Of a stretch of 64,000 bases of DNA, positions 60,390 to 64,000 are shown piece after piece. The translations under genes and the position numbers were made by a program. Under the pieces are notes generated by a model, which saw only the letters and a list, made by a program, of their open reading frames with translations, had not been told where the DNA came from and ran no database searches. Origin of the DNA: Candidatus Nezhaarchaeales archaeon (GTDB lineage: Archaea; Thermoproteota; Methanomethylicia; Nezhaarchaeales; WYZ-LMO8); contig JAWAKK010000002.1 of assembly GCA_038887515.1 (NCBI GenBank), positions 256,001 through 320,000 of the forward strand, in the 5' to 3' direction. Positions within the stretch are counted from its first letter, which is position 1. The number at the start of each line of letters is the position of its first letter.

Positions 60390-61370
60390 ATGGCCTTCAA
60401 GGAAGAAATACCAGCTCTCTGGGTTGAAAAATATAGACCCAAGAAGCTCGATGATATCGTGAACCAGAAAGAAGTTGTTGAGAGGCTGAAGAAATTCGTC
60501 GAAGAAAAGAACATTCCTCACATGCTCTTTGTCGGCCCACCGGGAACTGGTAAGACGACGGCTGCACTTTGTTTAGTATATGAACTTTACGGTGAGAATT
60601 GGAGGCAGAACGTCCTCGAGCTCAATGCATCTGACGAAAGAGGTATTCAAACGATAAGAGAAAGAGTAAAGGATTATGCTAGAACCGTTGCTTTAGGCGA
60701 CGTACCTTTTAAAGTTATCATATTAGACGAATGCGATGCTATGACTTCAGAAGCTCAATGGAGCTTGAGACGAATAATGGAGATGTTCTGGAGGACTACA
60801 AGGTTCATATTGATAGCGAACTACGGTTCAAAAATCATAGAGCCTATACAATCTCGTTGTGCAATATTTAGATTCTCAATGTTGTCGAAAGAGGACATAG
60901 CAGAGAGACTTAAGTTCATAGCAGGTCAGGAAGGCGTTAACTTAACTCAAGAAGGGGTAGAAGCCATATGGTACGTTGCCGGAGGGGACATGAGGAGGGC
61001 TATAAATCTTCTTCAGGCGGCGGCAGCTTATGGAGGACCAGTCGATGACATTACTGTATACAAGGTGGCTGGCAAGGCGAGACCAACCGAGGTTCATGAA
61101 ATGCTTAAACTTGCCCTTAAAGGTGATATCATAGCCGCAAGGCAAAAAGTTTACGATTTGATGATAAACTATGGCTTAACTGGTTCGGACATAATAAGGC
61201 AAGTGCATACGGAAATATTTCGCCTAGACATATCTGAACCAACTAAGATGGAGATAGAAGACCTCGTTGCCGAGACGGATTATAGACTTATCGAAGGGGC
61301 CAATGAAGATATACAAATTACCGCCTTCTTGGCACAGTTAGCCAAGCTGGGTAAGAAAATGGCTGATTAA
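60390..61370 (+). CDS. rfcS: Replication factor C small subunit
   Basis: WVEKYRP, GPPGTGKT, ELNASDERG, IQSRC. Confidence 0.98.
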   Translation: MAFKEEIPALWVEKYRPKKLDDIVNQKEVVERLKKFVEEKNIPHMLFVGPPGTGKTTAALCLVYELYGENWRQNVLELNASDERGIQTIRERVKDYARTVALGDVPFKVIILDECDAMTSEAQWSLRRIMEMFWRTTRFILIANYGSKIIEPIQSRCAIFRFSMLSKEDIAERLKFIAGQEGVNLTQEGVEAIWYVAGGDMRRAINLLQAAAAYGGPVDDITVYKVAGKARPTEVHEMLKLALKGDIIAARQKVYDLMINYGLTGSDIIRQVHTEIFRLDISEPTKMEIEDLVAETDYRLIEGANEDIQITAFLAQLAKLGKKMAD

Positions 61371-61371
61371 A

Positions 61372-62604
61372 ATGTCGTCGCGCTTAGTCCCGTGGACTGA
61401 AAAGCATAAGCCCCGCTCTATAGCTGAGATAAAGGAGATAGTAGGTGAAGCCGAGTATATAGATAATTTCGTCTCTTGGTTAAAGAATTGGAAGCCAGGG
61501 GAGAAGGCTGCATTACTTTATGGTCCTCCAGGCGTCGGTAAGACTCTTATAGTAGAAGTAGTAGCTAAAGAACTTGGTTATGAACTTTTTGAACTTAATG
61601 CAAGTGATGCTCGAACCGAAAGTGCATTAAGAAGACTTGTAGGTCAGTCATCTAAGACTATAAGCTTTTATAGTTCTAAGGGCAAAATAATATTCCTCGA
61701 TGAAGTTGACGGCTTGTTTGGAACCGAAGAGGCCGGAGGAGTTAAGGCGATCGTGGAGCTAATTAAGGAGTCGAGGGTCCCTATAGTCATGGCTGCTAAC
61801 GATCCTTGGGATCCTAGGCTAAGACCTCTTAGAGATGTCTCAATCATGATAGAGTTTAAGCGTCTGAAATCGTACTCCATAATAAAGCATCTGAAAAAGA
61901 TTTGTCTAAGAGAGGGTATAACTGCTGACGAGAAAGCGCTGAAGATAATTGCTGAGCTATCAGAAGGCGATATGAGAGCCGCTGTCAACGACTTACAAGC
62001 CGTTTCTCAAGGTAAAAAGAGGCTTTCGGTAAGTGATGTTTCATGGCTTAGAGCAAGAAATAGACAATACCAAGCTTTTGACGTTCTTAGGATGATGTTT
62101 TCGGCTAAGCGATGCGATGACGCTAGGAGTGTAGTGAATTCATCAATTCTGGATTACGAGACCCTTATGTTGTGGATAGATGAGAACTTGCCAAGACAAT
62201 ATACTGATCCAGAAGAACTCGCTAAGGCATATTACTACTTGGCGAGAGCTGACATATTTTTAGGCAGAATGAAGAGAGGACAGAAGTGGGAGCTGTTAAA
62301 GTACGTTATAGACTTTATGACAGCTGGTGTGGCAATGTCTAAGATACACCCATACAAGTTCGCTAAGTATAGTTTTCCTCAAAAGTTGCTTTTGTTAGCT
62401 AAAGCTAAAAACGTAAGAACTATGAGAGAAGCCTTATGTGAGAAGATAGCTTCCAAATGCCATCTGTCAAAGAGAAAGGCAAGTACTGAAATCATACCTT
62501 TCCTACACGTTATTTATGAGTCTCCGGGCCTAGCTAAACGCGACATAAGCCGATGGCTTGACATCGACGAATCTATGGAGGCCCTCTTAAAAAAGCAGAG
62601 TTAG
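61372..62604 (+). CDS. rfcL: Replication factor C large subunit
   Basis: PWTEKHKP, GPPGVGKT, ELNASD, DEVDG, WIDEN. Confidence 0.95.
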   Translation: MSSRLVPWTEKHKPRSIAEIKEIVGEAEYIDNFVSWLKNWKPGEKAALLYGPPGVGKTLIVEVVAKELGYELFELNASDARTESALRRLVGQSSKTISFYSSKGKIIFLDEVDGLFGTEEAGGVKAIVELIKESRVPIVMAANDPWDPRLRPLRDVSIMIEFKRLKSYSIIKHLKKICLREGITADEKALKIIAELSEGDMRAAVNDLQAVSQGKKRLSVSDVSWLRARNRQYQAFDVLRMMFSAKRCDDARSVVNSSILDYETLMLWIDENLPRQYTDPEELAKAYYYLARADIFLGRMKRGQKWELLKYVIDFMTAGVAMSKIHPYKFAKYSFPQKLLLLAKAKNVRTMREALCEKIASKCHLSKRKASTEIIPFLHVIYESPGLAKRDISRWLDIDESMEALLKKQS

Positions 62605-63326
62605 TCTAAACTTACTTCAAGATGTATCTTTCTTAAGTTTCTTGGAACCCCCTTCAGTATAGATACGAGTCCCTGTAGCATCTGAACTAATACCTTTGAA
62701 GTAAATTGGTTTAGTTGAACGTTCTCTCCGTTAACAATTAACTTTACGTTCTCTTTCCTCTTGGCGCACTTAAGTAGTGTCCCTTCACCCTTTGCTATGG
62801 CTTCAGCCAGCTCTCTACAATTGCTAAACCCGCACTGACCACAGTTATCCTGCGCAAGAGAGTTTAGGATATCTTTTATTAATCTTTCACGAACGATACC
62901 AATGAGATCGTCAGTCCTCATAACCTTATATTTCCAAGGGCCTTCAATTTCTTTTTCTATTTTTTCGGTCATAGGCACTATTGCCATGCTTTTAAGACCA
63001 AACTTTTTAACATCAGACATCGAGACCGCTGCCACAATGTAAGGGTCTTCTTCAAACCCATCGATTAGTGCTAAGCACCACCTCCCCGGAATAAGGCTCT
63101 TTACATCGTCTAGGCTGACTCTGAAGTTTGCTCTTATAAAAATTGAAGAGCCTATGGTACTCATGACCAATGTTATTTTGGGGCTATTGTAATCGTAATT
63201 GTAATCGTAGTCCCTAAATACCAATAGTACGCTGTAACCTTCTTTTCCTAGTTTATCGCCTAACTCGCTCATTAATCTCAATCTTGCCTCTCTTGTAGAG
63301 CCTACTATGCCAATTGCCGTCTTCAT
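62601..63326 (-). CDS. MobB-like protein with Fe-S domain (degenerate P-loop)
   Basis: NCGQCGFSNC...C Fe-S motif and MobB-type C-terminus (VNG...LNQF); located in the Moco cluster. Confidence 0.7.
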   Translation of the reverse strand: MKTAIGIVGSTREARLRLMSELGDKLGKEGYSVLLVFRDYDYNYDYNSPKITLVMSTIGSSIFIRANFRVSLDDVKSLIPGRWCLALIDGFEEDPYIVAAVSMSDVKKFGLKSMAIVPMTEKIEKEIEGPWKYKVMRTDDLIGIVRERLIKDILNSLAQDNCGQCGFSNCRELAEAIAKGEGTLLKCAKRKENVKLIVNGENVQLNQFTSKVLVQMLQGLVSILKGVPRNLRKIHLEVSLD

Positions 63327-63329
63327 GAT

Positions 63330-63860
63330 TTAGCTCCTTACATGAGCTATTATGTGACTTGCCTCGGGCAGTATTAACTTCTTAAGAGCTAACTCGACGG
63401 CGTGAGGTGAACCGGGTATTGAGAATATGACTGTTTCTCCGTATATACCAGCCGTTGCTCTTGTTAGCATAGCTGCGCTGCCTATCTCGTTATAGCTTAT
63501 GAACCTGAGGAGTTCTCCAAAGCCTGGAATCTTCTTCCTTAGCAGCTCTTCAACAGCTTCAATTGTTACATCCCTATTGCTCAAGCCTGTACCGCCAGTT
63601 GTTATTATAACATCAGGCTTTAAAGTCTCCGCAATTCTCTCTATCTCCTGCTTTATTATAGATGGATCGTTGGGAACTATAGATCTACCTTTAAATATAT
63701 GTCCGTGCTCTTCAACTATCTTCATGATCCTCATGCCATTTTCATCGTCTACTGCCTCTCCCTTCTTAAACTGATTATAGAACGTATCACTTGTCACTAT
63801 CACGTAGAAAGACACTTTTTGAGGTGCTTTCTTCTTGTGCTCGTCAGCTACTTTACTCAT
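63330..63860 (-). CDS. moaB: Molybdopterin adenylyltransferase MoaB/MogA
   Basis: TSD, TTGGTG...DVT.EA, PGFGE, TRA.AG, PGSP. Confidence 0.95.
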   Translation of the reverse strand: MSKVADEHKKKAPQKVSFYVIVTSDTFYNQFKKGEAVDDENGMRIMKIVEEHGHIFKGRSIVPNDPSIIKQEIERIAETLKPDVIITTGGTGLSNRDVTIEAVEELLRKKIPGFGELLRFISYNEIGSAAMLTRATAGIYGETVIFSIPGSPHAVELALKKLILPEASHIIAHVRS

Positions 63861-64000
63861 TTCAAGCCCTCCTTAACCTTGCTAATAACTCTTATAGTTG
63901 TTATCTCCGTGTAAGGGTACTGCCCTTTCTCGTCCTTCTCATACTTCTTAACCATATCCCACACGTTAAGTAAAGCTATGGCGGTAGCTACCAATGCCTC
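63857..64000 (-). CDS. moaC: Cyclic pyranopterin monophosphate synthase MoaC, C-terminal part (truncated by window edge)
   Basis: EAL...[21 protein letters not shown]...K.K; ATGA overlap with moaB. Confidence 0.9.
   Translation of the reverse strand, partial: EALVATAIALLNVWDMVKKYEKDEKGQYPYTEITTIRVISKVKEGLK

Noticed and set aside
1144-63973. Numerous short antisense ORFs in the track (e.g. 55849-56280, 58181-58654)
   Set aside because: They lie opposite well-conserved genes and have no family motifs.
1-64000. CRISPR arrays, IS elements, proviruses, inteins (PolB, MCM, RFC, AtpA)
   Set aside because: No regularly spaced repeats, transposase or integrase ORFs seen; the usual intein hosts have normal lengths.

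Overview
This 64 kb window is gene-dense core chromosome from an archaeon of the TACK/Thermoproteota radiation. The lineage is inferred from PolB3, Gins23 beside MCM, Elf1, TIP49, ThiDN and a tRNA with a non-canonical intron. It opens with an archaeal type IV pilus operon, then DNA ligase, a membrane-anchored HerA-like ATPase coupled to an XPD helicase, PolB3, a RecJ/Cdc45-type DHH protein and DnaG. The middle holds Tyr/Phe/Trp tRNA synthetases, a 5S rRNA + tRNA cluster, pyrB/pyrI, part of the A1Ao ATPase and RNA-processing genes. It ends with Hel308, MCM, GINS, RFC and Moco genes. No integrase, transposase or CRISPR array is recognisable. The most interesting signals are not in the ORF track: (1) two tandem, related, separately promoted K-loop RNAs between pheT and tyrS that look like H/ACA hairpins clamped in long perfect outer stems; (2) a two-intron tRNA-Trp whose intronic C/D guide also fits the neighbouring tRNA-Cys; (3) a clean C/D sRNA upstream of a HAD gene; (4) probable non-canonical start codons (ACG in trpS, ATC in hel308); (5) two +1 frameshifts in A-runs and one in-frame stop. 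All calls come from motif recognition only; no searches were run.
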